The notes: generated from the sequence alone by a model not told the origin. DNA of 64,000 nucleotides from Dehalococcoidia bacterium (GCA_965217675.1 OZ244559.1:1986126-2050125), one strand, 5' to 3'; positions 52,178-63,391 are shown, numbered from the stretch's first letter. Made by a program: numbers and translations.

Positions 52178-52936
52178 CTAGCTCTGCGCCTGCAGGACCT
52201 CGTCCTGCCCCTCGTAGCCGGCGACCTCGATCTCCTCGGCCAGCTCCATGCCGCCCGTCCGCACGATGCGGCCGTTCATCAGCACGTTCACGACGTCCGG
52301 CGCCACGAGGTTCAGGATGCGCTGGTAGTGCGTGATGAGGATGACCGCTCGGTCGGGGCTGCGAAGCTGGTTGATGCCGTCGGCCACCAGCCGCAGCGAG
52401 TCCACGTCGAGGCCGGAGTCGGGCTCGTCGAGGATGGAGAGCCGGGGTTCGAGCATCGCCATCTGCAGAATCTCATTGCGCTTCTTCTCGCCGCCGGAGA
52501 AGCCGTCGTTGACGTTGCGCTTCAGCATGGACGGCTCCATGTTGACGATGCCGGCCTTCTGCTGCAGCAGCCTGTCGAACTGAATGGGGTCCAGTTCTTC
52601 CAGACCCTTGCTCCTGTGGATGGCGTTGTAGCCGGCCCGCATGAACTGGTCCATACGCACGCCGGCGATTTCGATGGGGTGCTGGAAGCAGAGGAAGACG
52701 CCCGCGCGGGAGCGCTCCTCCGCCGGCATGGCCAGCAGGTCGAGGCCGTCCAGGAGCGCCTCGCCGGACTCGACGATGTACTGCGGGTGGCCGGCCAGGA
52801 CGTTGGAGAGGGTGCTCTTGCCGGAGCCGTTGGGCCCCATGATGGCGTGCACCTCGCCCTTTTGCACCTTAAGGTTGATTCCCTTCAGAACTGTGTTGCC
52901 GCCAATGGAGACGGTCAGGTTGCGAATTTCCAGCAT
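52178..52936 (-). CDS. sufC: Fe-S cluster assembly ATPase SufC
   Basis: Walker A is GPNGSGKST, with FSGGEKKRNEILQMAMLEPRLSILDEPDSGLD and ...ITHYQRIL. Confidence 0.9.
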   Translation of the reverse strand: MLEIRNLTVSIGGNTVLKGINLKVQKGEVHAIMGPNGSGKSTLSNVLAGHPQYIVESGEALLDGLDLLAMPAEERSRAGVFLCFQHPIEIAGVRMDQFMRAGYNAIHRSKGLEELDPIQFDRLLQQKAGIVNMEPSMLKRNVNDGFSGGEKKRNEILQMAMLEPRLSILDEPDSGLDVDSLRLVADGINQLRSPDRAVILITHYQRILNLVAPDVVNVLMNGRIVRTGGMELAEEIEVAGYEGQDEVLQAQS

Positions 52937-53009
52937 GTCACTCTACCGGTCTTAGTATTGGTTTCGAATCGTTTCGTCTCGTTGCCCTTTTCGTGAAAAC
53001 GAGTGGGCG

Positions 53010-54458
<1,449 letters not shown>

Positions 54459-54556
54459 GACCCCTTCAAAGGCAGTAGTAGACCAAAGTGGTCAACAATC
54501 TATTGGTAGTGTAAGGCGAGGGCCACAATAGTGTCAACAGACACGGAAACGCCCCC

Positions 54557-55957
54557 TTACAGCCCCTTGACCTCACTGACCAGGGATGTCACGGAGCGGC
54601 GGGCGTCGCCGAAGAGCATGCGCGTGTTGTCCTTGAAGAACAGGTCGTTGTCGATGCCCGCGAAGCCCGGGTTCATGCTGCGCTTCAGGACGATGACGTG
54701 CTGCGCCTGGTCGACGTTCAGGATGGGCATGCCGTAGACGGGGCTGTCCGGCTGGTCGCGGGCGGCGGGGTTCGTCACGTCGTTGGCGCCGATGACTATC
54801 GCGACGTCGGTGTTGCGGAAGTCGTCGTTGATCGAGTCGAGGTCGTAGAGTTCGTCGTAGGGGACGTTGGCTTCGGCCAGCAATACGTTCATGTGGCCGG
54901 GCATGCGGCCCGCAACCGGGTGGATGGCGTACTTGACGCGAACGCCCTTGGCCTCCAGCAGGTCCGCCAGCTCCCGCACCTGGTGCTGCGCCTGCGCCAC
55001 CGCGAGTCCGTAGCCGGGCACAAAGATGACGGAGCGGGCGTAGGCCAGCATGACGGCGGCGTCCTCTGCGGACACGTCGCGGGCCGTGCGCGTCTCGACG
55101 ACGCCCGCAACGGTCGCCTTGACCGCGCCGAACGCCCCGAAGACCACGTTGGCGAGGGAGCGGTTCATGGCCTTCGTCATGATGTTGGTCAGGATGAGGC
55201 CCGCAGCGCCCACCAGCGCGCCGCTGACGATGAGCGCCAAGTTGCCCAGCGCGAACCCCGCGGCCGCCGCCGCGACGCCGGAGTAGGAGTTCAGCAACGA
55301 GATGACCACCGGCATGTCCGCGCCGCCGATGGGAATGACGAGCTGGATGCCCAGGATGAGGCTCGTGGCCACAAGGGCGTAGAAGACGTACTCGTTGAAG
55401 TCAAAGGCGACCAGGTAGACGATCATGCTCACCACGGCCAGGAACATCAGCCCGCTGACGATGTTTTGCAGCGGGTATGTGATGGGGCGCGTCGTCATCA
55501 GGTCCTGCAACTTGCCGAAGGCGATGAGGCTGCCGGTGAGGGTGACGAAGCCAATGAGGACGCCCAGCATGATGGTGAGTTCCACGTGGAAGGGGGCCGA
55601 TGCGCCCTCGTTCGTGATGCGCACGAACTCCGAAACGGCGATGACCGCGGACGCGCCGCCGCCCACACCGTTGAAGATCGCCACCATCTGGGGCATCGCC
55701 GTCATTTTGATGGTGCGCGCCAGCACCGCGCCAATGACCGCCCCGATGGCGATGCCCGCAGCGATCGTCTCGTAGTTGAGGACCTCTTCGTTCACCAGCG
55801 TTGCGACGATGGCGATGAACATGCCCAGAGCGGCGAGGAAGTTGCCGCGCCGCGCCGTCGCCGGCGAGCCCAGCAGCTTGATGCCGAAGATGAAGAGCAC
55901 CGCGGACGCCAGGTAGACGTATTGGATGAAGAGGTTGACGCCTTCAAATAGCTCCAT
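54557..55957 (-). CDS. pntB: NAD(P) transhydrogenase subunit beta
   Basis: A multi-TM N-domain is followed by the dIII NADP(H) domain (...VPGYGLAVAQAQH...YAIHPVAGRMPGHMNVLLAEANVPY...VIGANDVTNPAA...PILNVD...). Confidence 0.9.
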   Translation of the reverse strand: MELFEGVNLFIQYVYLASAVLFIFGIKLLGSPATARRGNFLAALGMFIAIVATLVNEEVLNYETIAAGIAIGAVIGAVLARTIKMTAMPQMVAIFNGVGGGASAVIAVSEFVRITNEGASAPFHVELTIMLGVLIGFVTLTGSLIAFGKLQDLMTTRPITYPLQNIVSGLMFLAVVSMIVYLVAFDFNEYVFYALVATSLILGIQLVIPIGGADMPVVISLLNSYSGVAAAAAGFALGNLALIVSGALVGAAGLILTNIMTKAMNRSLANVVFGAFGAVKATVAGVVETRTARDVSAEDAAVMLAYARSVIFVPGYGLAVAQAQHQVRELADLLEAKGVRVKYAIHPVAGRMPGHMNVLLAEANVPYDELYDLDSINDDFRNTDVAIVIGANDVTNPAARDQPDSPVYGMPILNVDQAQHVIVLKRSMNPGFAGIDNDLFFKDNTRMLFGDARRSVTSLVSEVKGL

Positions 55958-56271
55958 TACGCCCCCTGGCCGGGCCTGCGCCGGAACATCTGAAGCATGC
56001 GGTCCGTGACCATGAAGCCGCCCACCACGTTGATGGTCGCCAGCACCAGCGCCGCGAATCCCAGGACCACGGCGAGGTTGGCGTCCCGCGGCCCCACGAC
56101 GACCATCGCGCCGATGATCGTGATGCCGGAGATGGCGTTGGCGCCGGACATGAGCGGCGTGTGCAACGTCGGCGGCACTTTCGTAATCAACTCAAAGCCA
56201 ACAAAGATGGCGAGTACAAAGATGTACAACCCGATAACCAACGGTAGCCCGACGATTGCAGCCTCTGCCAT
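55957..56271 (-). CDS. pntAB: NAD(P) transhydrogenase subunit alpha, part 2 (membrane segment)
   Basis: A 104-aa protein with 3 TM helices, ...LHTPLMSGANAISGI... It overlaps the pntB start by 1 nt. Confidence 0.85.
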   Translation of the reverse strand: MAEAAIVGLPLVIGLYIFVLAIFVGFELITKVPPTLHTPLMSGANAISGITIIGAMVVVGPRDANLAVVLGFAALVLATINVVGGFMVTDRMLQMFRRRPGQGA

Positions 56272-56298
56272 GATCCTTCCTTACGCCTCCGCCTTTTC

Positions 56299-57453
56299 TT
56301 ACGCCTGCGGCAACAACGCCTGCGTGGGTCCGTGGACAACCTGGCCGCCATAGGTGATGCAGCAGTCCTTGGTGATGGCGTCCTCCCAATCAAGCGTGAG
56401 CTCGCCGTCGCGGACGAGGTGCTGCACCAGGGTCATCATGTTGCGGGAGTACATCTGGCTGGAGTGGACCGGGACGGAGGAGGGCACGTCCAAAGGGCCC
56501 AGGATGGTGACGCCGCTCTCGACGACAGTCTCACCCGGCTTGGTCAGCTCGCAGTTGCCGCCGGTCTCAGCCGCTAGGTCGACGATAACGGCGCCAGCGC
56601 GCATGTCATTCACCATCTCCCTGGTGACGAGGATGGGGGCCTCCTTGCCGGGAATGGCGGCGGTGGTGATGATGAAGTCCGCCTCACGGGCGAAGCGGTG
56701 AATGAGGTCTTGCTCCAAGTGCTGCGCCTCCTGGTTGAGCTGCTTGGCGTAGCCGCCCTCGTCCTCGATCTCCTCTGTGTGCACCGCCTCCTGGATAAAC
56801 GTGGCGCCAAGGCTCTCCACCTGCTCCTTGACGGCGGGCCGTACGTCGAATGCGGAAATAACCGCGCCCATCCGGCGTGCCGTCGCGATGGCCTGGAGGC
56901 CGGCGACGCCCGCGCCCAGCACGAGGCCTTTTGCGGGAGGCGTCGTGCCTGCCGCCGTCACCATCATGGGAAGGTAGATGCCCAGCGCCTCGGCGGCCAT
57001 GATTGCCGCCTTGTACCCAGCGATGGAGCTCATGGAGCTGAGCGCGTCCATGGACTGCGCCCGCGCGATGCGGGGCACGGCGTCCATGCTGAAGCTGATG
57101 ACCCCGCGTCGTGCCAGGTCCACCGCAAGCTCCGGGTAGTAGAGCTGCTGCAGGATTCCAATAAGTACGACGTCAGGCCGTAGCATGGAGACTTCCGTGG
57201 AGGCTGCCTCGTCACCAAAGGTGGGCCGCTGCACCTTCACGATGGCGTCGGCTGCCTCATACAGCGCGGCGGCGTCGGCGGCAAGCGAGGCTCCAGCGTT
57301 CTGGTATGCGGCGTCCGCGTAGTGGGCGCCCAAGCCGGCGCCCTCTTGCACGATGACTTCCAATCCGGCGGCGATCAGTTTGGCGACTGACTCCGGCACC
57401 AATGCAACACGACGCTCATTGGACCGGACTTCCTTGGGGACACCTACCTTCAT
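56299..57453 (-). CDS. pntAA: NAD(P) transhydrogenase subunit alpha, part 1 (dI, alanine-dehydrogenase-like)
   Basis: AAGGAG lies upstream of ATG 57453. Contains MKVGVPKEVRSNERRVALVPESVAKL and the Rossmann motif VLGAGVAGLQAIATARRMGA. Confidence 0.85.
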   Translation of the reverse strand: MKVGVPKEVRSNERRVALVPESVAKLIAAGLEVIVQEGAGLGAHYADAAYQNAGASLAADAAALYEAADAIVKVQRPTFGDEAASTEVSMLRPDVVLIGILQQLYYPELAVDLARRGVISFSMDAVPRIARAQSMDALSSMSSIAGYKAAIMAAEALGIYLPMMVTAAGTTPPAKGLVLGAGVAGLQAIATARRMGAVISAFDVRPAVKEQVESLGATFIQEAVHTEEIEDEGGYAKQLNQEAQHLEQDLIHRFAREADFIITTAAIPGKEAPILVTREMVNDMRAGAVIVDLAAETGGNCELTKPGETVVESGVTILGPLDVPSSVPVHSSQMYSRNMMTLVQHLVRDGELTLDWEDAITKDCCITYGGQVVHGPTQALLPQA

Positions 57454-57629
57454 GGAGCTCCTTTGTCTTCCACCGTGGGGCTGGGCACAGTCCCTCATTC
57501 AAGGGGTTGGAGGGACAAATAGCATTCTAGCCAATTCTCAACACCATGTGAAGTGTTGCACAAGCCAAATGGCTACCTCACCGCTGTCGATGAGCGTCAT
57601 TGCAACAAGAGGGAAAAGCAAGTATACGC

Positions 57630-57716
57630 GGGCTGAGCCAAGGCGACCTTCTGCAGAAGGGGCCGTCGTTGACAGCGCAACTGGGCCGCCCGTACCCTGT
57701 GGCTTTGGCTCAGCCC
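57630..57716. other. Long-range inverted repeat (about 15 bp arms, 57630-57644 / 57702-57716) enclosing a palindrome and a TTGACA box
   Basis: The arms are gggctgagccaaggc ... gctttggctcagccc, with one G-T wobble. The inner palindrome ccttctgcagaagg is at 57647-57660 and TTGACA is at 57669-57674. The element lies in the 336-bp divergent spacer between pntAA and the MFS gene. Confidence 0.3.
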
Positions 57717-57789
57717 TCTCCCGTTGGACTGGATGGCCCAACCGCCTCGCCCGGCAACGGCCTCCCAAACGACGCCAGAAAGGCGGCGG

Positions 57790-59151
57790 ATGCTCACCGC
57801 ACCGGACACACAACAGCGTCCTAGAATTTTCTACGGCTGGTACATCGTCGCCGCCAGCTTCACGTGCAACGTTTTCACCTCCGGCGCCTATTGGCAGGGC
57901 TTCCAGGTCTTCTTTCTTCCGATTCTGCGGGAGTTTGGATGGTCGCGGGCGGCCCTCTCCGGCGCATTTTCCCTCCGGCAAGTCGAGACCGGCGCCTTTG
58001 CGCCCTTCCTGGGCTTCATCGTCGACCGCATCGGCCCCAAGCCCGTCATCATGACCGGCGGGTTTGTGCTGGGGGTCGGCATGATCATGATTTCCTACAC
58101 CTTCTCCATCTGGAGCTTCTACGTCTTCTTCCTTGTCGCGTCCCTGGGGGCCAGCGGGACCTCGCACGCCATTGGCTGGACGGTGGTCATTGCGCGGTGG
58201 TTCCGTCGGCTTCGGGGTACGGCGTTGGGCATCGGCATGTCGGGGCCCATCCTGACCGGCGCCGTGCTGTTCGTGCTGGCGCTGCTCGTCGAAGAAGTCG
58301 GTTGGCGATGGACGCTCAGAGGGACGGGTGTGGCCCTGATGTTCATCATCGTCCCGCTTGGCCTGCTCATCAAAGAGTCGCCGCATGCCTACGGTGTGCT
58401 GCCCGATGGCGACATGCCGCGGCGGCCGCGCGAAGGCGAGCTGACCCAGGTCGACATCGAGGCGGACCGGCGTGCCCGGCATGATCGAAGTGCAGTGCCG
58501 GACGACGATCAAGGCGCCACCGCCGGCGAAGCGCTGCGGTCGCGGGCCTTCTGGATGGTCTCGCTGCTCTTTGGCGCAATGTTCTTCGGCACGAGCGCCC
58601 TGCAGGTACACCAGGTGCCCTTGTTTGAGAGCAAGGGGTTCTCCACGGCGGAGGCCGCGGTCACCGTGACGCTGGTTTTCCTGGTGAGTGGTGTGGGGCG
58701 CATAGGGGCCGGTTCACTCGCGGACCTGCTGGAGATCCGGTACGTGCTAGCTATGATGGTGGTGTTGCAGGCCGTCTCCTGGCTGTACCTGACGCTATTC
58801 GGCACAACAAGCTTGTGGGCGTCAGTGCCCTTCACGGTGCTCTACGGCGTCTCCTTCGGCGCGATGGTGTCGGTGCGGCCGGTGCTGCTGGCACAGCTAT
58901 TCGGCACGCGGGCGCTGGGTTCCCTGTCCGGCATGTTGCAGGCAACAGCGCTGGCGTCTGGTACCATAGGCCCGGTATTCATGGGCTGGGTCTTTGACCG
59001 TAACCAGGAGTATGACGTTGCGGTGATGACGTTCATCGCGACATCTGCCGCCGCGTTCCCGCTGGCATGGGCCATCAGGCCTGTGGGGTCGCTGGCGGAG
59101 CGGCGCAGGCGGGCTCGACGCCTTGGCGCGAGAATGAGGGGTTCGGCATGA
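57790..59151 (+). CDS. MFS transporter (oxalate/formate-antiporter-like, OFA subgroup)
   Basis: The N-terminus is RIFYGWYIVAASFTCNVFTSG. There are 12 TM segments with a long charged central loop. The start is uncertain (TTG 57724, ATG 57733 or ATG 57790). Confidence 0.75.
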   Translation: MLTAPDTQQRPRIFYGWYIVAASFTCNVFTSGAYWQGFQVFFLPILREFGWSRAALSGAFSLRQVETGAFAPFLGFIVDRIGPKPVIMTGGFVLGVGMIMISYTFSIWSFYVFFLVASLGASGTSHAIGWTVVIARWFRRLRGTALGIGMSGPILTGAVLFVLALLVEEVGWRWTLRGTGVALMFIIVPLGLLIKESPHAYGVLPDGDMPRRPREGELTQVDIEADRRARHDRSAVPDDDQGATAGEALRSRAFWMVSLLFGAMFFGTSALQVHQVPLFESKGFSTAEAAVTVTLVFLVSGVGRIGAGSLADLLEIRYVLAMMVVLQAVSWLYLTLFGTTSLWASVPFTVLYGVSFGAMVSVRPVLLAQLFGTRALGSLSGMLQATALASGTIGPVFMGWVFDRNQEYDVAVMTFIATSAAAFPLAWAIRPVGSLAERRRRARRLGARMRGSA

Positions 59152-59672
59152 GCGGCATCGTTGTACAGGTCAACCGCAAGCCGGAGACGCCCGGTGAGCA
59201 CGGCCTCCCCAAGGTCCCCGTGGACGCCGTCAGCGTCACGGTCCACGGCCTCGAGGGCGACTACAACCGGTTCCGCACGTACGCGAAGGCTGGCGACCCC
59301 GCCCGCGCCGTCATGATCATGCCGATCGAGACCCTGCGCGAGCTCAACGCCGAGGGCTGGCCCGTGCAGCCCGGCGACATGGGCGAGAACATCACTTCCG
59401 AGGGCATTCCCTACGACGATTTTGTCATCGGCGGGCGTTACCAGGTGGGTGAGGCAGTCATCGAGATCGCGGAGCCGTGCCTGGCGTGCATGAACCTCGC
59501 CTCGCTGCCCTTCATCGGCGAGGCGAGGGGACCGGCGTTCATCCGCACACTGACCCGCATGGAGGGCAACTCGCTCTTCAATCGCCGCGGATGGTACGCC
59601 GCAGTCGTCCGGGAGGGCGTCGTTTCGCAGGGCGACGCCATCACTCCGGTGTCCGCCCGCGTGCTTCCTTGA
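59148..59672 (+). CDS. MOSC-domain protein (YiiM-like)
   Basis: ATG 59148 overlaps the MFS stop (ATGA). Contains ...VHGLEGD..., ...GDMGENITSEGI..., ...VIEIAEPCLACMNL... (conserved Cys) and ...GWYAAVVREGVV. Confidence 0.75.
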   Translation: MSGIVVQVNRKPETPGEHGLPKVPVDAVSVTVHGLEGDYNRFRTYAKAGDPARAVMIMPIETLRELNAEGWPVQPGDMGENITSEGIPYDDFVIGGRYQVGEAVIEIAEPCLACMNLASLPFIGEARGPAFIRTLTRMEGNSLFNRRGWYAAVVREGVVSQGDAITPVSARVLP

Positions 59673-59743
59673 CGGCCTTTTGCGCGGGTGCAATGATGCG
59701 TTAAACCAATGCAAATCCGCATCGAAGTGGGAAGGAGGTCATC

Positions 59744-60244
59744 ATGGGCGGGTTCACCATCAGCAGGGTTGGACACATCGGTGTGCAGGTCACGGACATA
59801 GACCGTTCCATTGACTTTTACACCGGCACCCTTGGCCTCACCCTGACGGGGCGATGGCCCAGGGGCGAGACCGGGGACATGGCTTTCCTGCGCTTCGGCG
59901 AGATGCACCATGACATCGTCCTGTTCACGCTCCCGGACCAGCCTGAATCCGACAACCGGCGCATCGGCTACAACGCGCTGCAGCACATCGCCATGGAGTT
60001 AGATTCGAGAGACGAGTGGCTGAAGGCCCTGTATGACCTGAAGAAGAAGGGCGTCGAGATTGTGAGCGGGCCACTAGTGCACGGCGCAGAGGGCGACCCG
60101 AGGAACATCGGCGGCAGCGGGACGCGCTCCTTTTACTTCGTGGACCCCGACGGCAACTCGCTGGAGCTGTACTGCGACATGATGCGCGTGCCCAACGGCG
60201 AACCCTTCCCGCGCCCCGAGTACGCCGACGTCTGGACGCTCTAG
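59744..60244 (+). CDS. VOC-family protein (glyoxalase/extradiol-dioxygenase fold)
   Basis: Contains VGHIGVQVTDIDRSIDFYTGTLGL...HHDIVLF...LQHIAMEL...SFYFVDPDGNSLELY. Confidence 0.75.
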   Translation: MGGFTISRVGHIGVQVTDIDRSIDFYTGTLGLTLTGRWPRGETGDMAFLRFGEMHHDIVLFTLPDQPESDNRRIGYNALQHIAMELDSRDEWLKALYDLKKKGVEIVSGPLVHGAEGDPRNIGGSGTRSFYFVDPDGNSLELYCDMMRVPNGEPFPRPEYADVWTL

Positions 60245-60271
60245 CCCGCCTCGACACACGCGACACACGTT

Positions 60272-60305
60272 AGAGCCCCCTGGCGAATCTTCGCCGGGGG
60301 GCTCT
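60272..60305. terminator. Strong GC-rich hairpin between convergent genes (bidirectional intrinsic-terminator candidate)
   Basis: The sequence agagccccctggcg-aatctt-cgccggggggctct forms a 14-bp stem with one G-U pair. It is followed by a T-rich tgtcttct on the plus strand. Confidence 0.6.
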
Positions 60306-60327
60306 TGTCTTCTGGACGATGCCGGAC

Positions 60328-61173
60328 TTAGAGCAGCGCTCGCGCGTGGCTTTCGAGCTGCGCCAACGCCTCGTCGCGGGCTGCGGTGTCCACCTGGATG
60401 ACTACCCGGTCCGCGCCCGCTGCCTCGAGTTGCCGAATATGGTCGGGGTCCGGCGGGACCTGGTAGCACGTGATTTCCAGCGAGCGAGGGTCGCGGCCGG
60501 CCTCTTCGGCCAGCCGGTCCAGTTGCTTGCGTCCCTCGGCGACCAAGTCCGGACGGGTCCGCAGGGGCAGCCACCCGTCGCCGTACTCGACGACACGCTT
60601 GAACACGTTCCTGGCGCCCCCGCCGAGGATGACGGGAGGGTGCGGACGCTGGACCGGTCTCGGGAATGAGAAGACCTGCGGGAAGTCATAGAACTCGCCG
60701 TGGAACTCGCTCATCACAGTGGTCCAAAGCTGCTTCATGGCCAGCACGGACTCGCGGCACTGCGCCCAGCGGCGCTCGAAGTTGCCGCCCATGATCTCGG
60801 TCTCCTCCTTGATCCACCCGGCGCCGATGCCCATGATGTACCGCCCGCCGGAGATCAGGTCGAGGGTGGCCGCCTCCTTGGCGAGCAGCAGCGGGTTGCG
60901 CTCCGGCAGCAACGTGACGCCCGTCGCGAGCTTGAGGGTGGTCGTCACCGCGGCCGCGGCTGCCAGCGTCACGAAGGGATCGACTGTGTCGAAATACTTC
61001 TTCGGCAGCTCCTCGTCCGTGCTGCCGGCCGGCACCTTCTGCGTGCGCTCCACCGGGATGATGGCGTGCTCCGGCACCCACAGCGAGTCGAATCCGAGCT
61101 CCTCCGCCCGCGTGGCCAGCGTCACGACGCCGATGGAATAGTCAGTCATAAATGAAGAGACGCCTATTTTCAT
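60328..61173 (-). CDS. LLM-class F420-dependent oxidoreductase (short, about 280-aa subgroup)
   Basis: Contains MKIGVSSFMTDYSIGVVTLATRAEELGFDSLWVPEHAIIP...LATGVTLLPERNPLLLAKEAATLDLISGGRYIMGIGAGW. Confidence 0.85.
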   Translation of the reverse strand: MKIGVSSFMTDYSIGVVTLATRAEELGFDSLWVPEHAIIPVERTQKVPAGSTDEELPKKYFDTVDPFVTLAAAAAVTTTLKLATGVTLLPERNPLLLAKEAATLDLISGGRYIMGIGAGWIKEETEIMGGNFERRWAQCRESVLAMKQLWTTVMSEFHGEFYDFPQVFSFPRPVQRPHPPVILGGGARNVFKRVVEYGDGWLPLRTRPDLVAEGRKQLDRLAEEAGRDPRSLEITCYQVPPDPDHIRQLEAAGADRVVIQVDTAARDEALAQLESHARALL

Positions 61174-61317
61174 GTCTCGGAGCCCAACCTTTCCCTGTGG
61201 TGCACTTCTGCCCGGCGGCGCTCGCCAAGCGGACTACAACGCGCCTCGCCCGGCCAACTCAACTATAACAGGACGGGCCCGGTGGCGCAGGCCGAGGCCC
61301 TTCGCCGACACAAGAAA

Positions 61318-61348
61318 GGCCCCGTCCCAAGCAGCTTGGGACGGGGCC
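61318..61348 (-). terminator. Intrinsic terminator downstream of the family-5 SBP gene
   Basis: The palindrome is ggccccgtcccaagc-a-gcttgggacggggcc (about 13-bp stem). On the minus strand it is followed by TTTCTTG. It lies 22 nt after the stop at 61370. Confidence 0.6.
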
Positions 61349-61369
61349 TCTGTCAATGCCGGTTAGAAT

Positions 61370-63202
61370 CTACTTCTTGACGGCCTCGATGTACTCCAAG
61401 TGGGTCCAGGTGCCGGTGATTGAACCCGGCCACACCCAGCCTGCGATGACAGTAGGGTCGATGACCGCCTCTGCGGGCAGCCAGAAGAGCGGGATGGAGA
61501 TGAACTCGTCAAAGAAGATGTCGCCCATCTGACGTGCCAGGGCGTCAGCCTTCACGGGGTCCAGAGTCTGGATGAACTCGGACATGATCTTGCTGCTCGC
61601 CAGGATCTCTACACCGCCGCCCCGTGGCGGGAAGGAGGTGTTGTAGACCTTGGGGCCGATGGTGATGTTGGAGCTGGTGCCGCCCATGGCGATTTCACGC
61701 GTGTACTCAAAGGCACGTCCCTTTGCGCGCCGCGTGGCTGTGTCTTGCGTGTACTGGTTGACCTTCACGCCGATGTCGCGCCAGTACCCGGCCATAATCT
61801 CAATGATGTCGTCAGCGCCGGCGTAACGGGAGAGGGGCGCGACGTTCACGTCGATCTCCAGCGGGCTGCTGGAGGTGTAGCCGGCCTCGGACAAGAGGGC
61901 CGTGGCAGCGTCTGGGTCAAAGCCGTACTTGGCGGGGAACTCGTCAACCCAGCGCTGGTTCCAGCCGGGGCGGCCGGGGTTCAGGTGGTTGACCTGCATC
62001 ACCACGCCCTTGTCGCCGAAGTACGCGCCGTTGATCTCGTCGCGGTTGATGGCCCGGTTCAGCGCCTGCCGGACGCGGACGTCCAGGAAGGGGCTGCCCG
62101 TGTCCATGTAGCCGGTGCCCTTTGCCGAAGCTTCGTTCTCGTACTGGCCGCGGAACTGGGCAAAGGCTCGGAGGGCAGTCACGTTGCCCCGGACGACGCC
62201 ATAGCCGTCGGACACTGCCTGCTGGAGGTTGTCCTCCGGCAGGTTGGTCAGGTGGACCTCACTGGTCAGCAGCGCGGCCAACCGTGTGGAGGCCTCGTTC
62301 ACGAAGCGGATCTCAAGCTCCGGGAAGTCGGGCTTGAAGCGCCAGTGGTCAGGCGTCCGCTCAAAGACGATGAACTGGGCCTGCTCACGTTCCAGGTACT
62401 GGTACGAGCCGGTGCCCGCGATGGGCGCGTCCTCACCAATGACGACCGGGTCGCCCTCGGCCTCTAGGTGGGCCTTGGAGATAATCTCAAAGCCGCCCTG
62501 CAGCCTCGAGAACTGGGCGAAGAAGTTGCTGTCGTTGCGGGACAGCTTGATGATGACCTCGTAGTCACTGACGACTACGGCCTCGGGGGTAACTGTCTGG
62601 AAGTAGACGAGCTCACCGTGGAGGCCGCCCTCACGCTGGTGGTTCGTCAGTGTTTTGACGACGTCGGCGGAGGTGAACTCACCCCAGTCGCCGTGGAACG
62701 GGATGCCCTCACGCAGCATGAAGCGGACCTGCGGCCCTTCCTCGACCGCCCAATCCGTCGCCAGGCCGGGAATCATCTCATCCGTGATCGGGTCCGAGTC
62801 CAGCAGATACTCATACATGGGCTTGAGCTGCCACACGGTGGTCTGGCCAATGTGGCGAGTCTCGTTGCCCTCAGTCGACGGAGCCTCAAAGGCGGTGACC
62901 ACGCGGTCCTCCACCGGCTCCATCATGGCCGCCGGCGCTTCCGTGGTCATGGCGGGTGCCGCCGTGGGCGCCGCTGCAGCGGCCGTGCTGGTCGTGCTGG
63001 TGGAGGTGTCGGAAGTGCTGGTGGAGGTGTCCGCAGTGCTGGTAGTGGTGGTGGTGGTCGACGTCGTTGCGCTGGTCGATCCTGAAGTGGTGGCTCCACT
63101 GTCATCATCACTGTCGCCACCGCACGCCGCCACCATCATCATGGCGGCAATGAGCAGCGCCACAATCAGCAGCAGTCTTTTAGAGATATAACTGTCAACC
63201 AT
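61370..63202 (-). CDS. ABC transporter substrate-binding lipoprotein, family 5, with Ser/Thr-rich linker
   Basis: AAGGAG lies 9 nt upstream of ATG 63202. The lipobox is MMMVAAC-G. The linker is about 60 aa (TSGSTSATTSTTTTTTSTADTSTSTSDTSTSTTST), encoded partly by 21-bp tandem repeats near 62995-63040. SBP_bac_5-like body. Confidence 0.85.
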   Translation of the reverse strand: MVDSYISKRLLLIVALLIAAMMMVAACGGDSDDDSGATTSGSTSATTSTTTTTTSTADTSTSTSDTSTSTTSTAAAAAPTAAPAMTTEAPAAMMEPVEDRVVTAFEAPSTEGNETRHIGQTTVWQLKPMYEYLLDSDPITDEMIPGLATDWAVEEGPQVRFMLREGIPFHGDWGEFTSADVVKTLTNHQREGGLHGELVYFQTVTPEAVVVSDYEVIIKLSRNDSNFFAQFSRLQGGFEIISKAHLEAEGDPVVIGEDAPIAGTGSYQYLEREQAQFIVFERTPDHWRFKPDFPELEIRFVNEASTRLAALLTSEVHLTNLPEDNLQQAVSDGYGVVRGNVTALRAFAQFRGQYENEASAKGTGYMDTGSPFLDVRVRQALNRAINRDEINGAYFGDKGVVMQVNHLNPGRPGWNQRWVDEFPAKYGFDPDAATALLSEAGYTSSSPLEIDVNVAPLSRYAGADDIIEIMAGYWRDIGVKVNQYTQDTATRRAKGRAFEYTREIAMGGTSSNITIGPKVYNTSFPPRGGGVEILASSKIMSEFIQTLDPVKADALARQMGDIFFDEFISIPLFWLPAEAVIDPTVIAGWVWPGSITGTWTHLEYIEAVKK

Positions 63203-63391
63203 TTACTCGTTCTCCTTCTCCCCTCAGATTCTGTCAACACTTAATTGTAGGCTCTCAAGGTGCACTGTCAACGGGTTAACGCATCATTAATACTTTCGCA
63301 TAGCTAATGCTTGCCAAAAGGATTGGTAAGAGGCGGGCCATGTCAACGCATTTGTGCCGGCGTCGCTGCTTGTCAAACATCATTGCCGTCG

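Noticed and set aside
52937-53009. tRNA-like T-arm string ggtttcgaatc in the sufB-sufC spacer.
   Set aside because: The spacer is only 73 bp. It has no acceptor stem, anticodon arm or D-arm, and the motif carries an extra base relative to GGTTCGAATCC.
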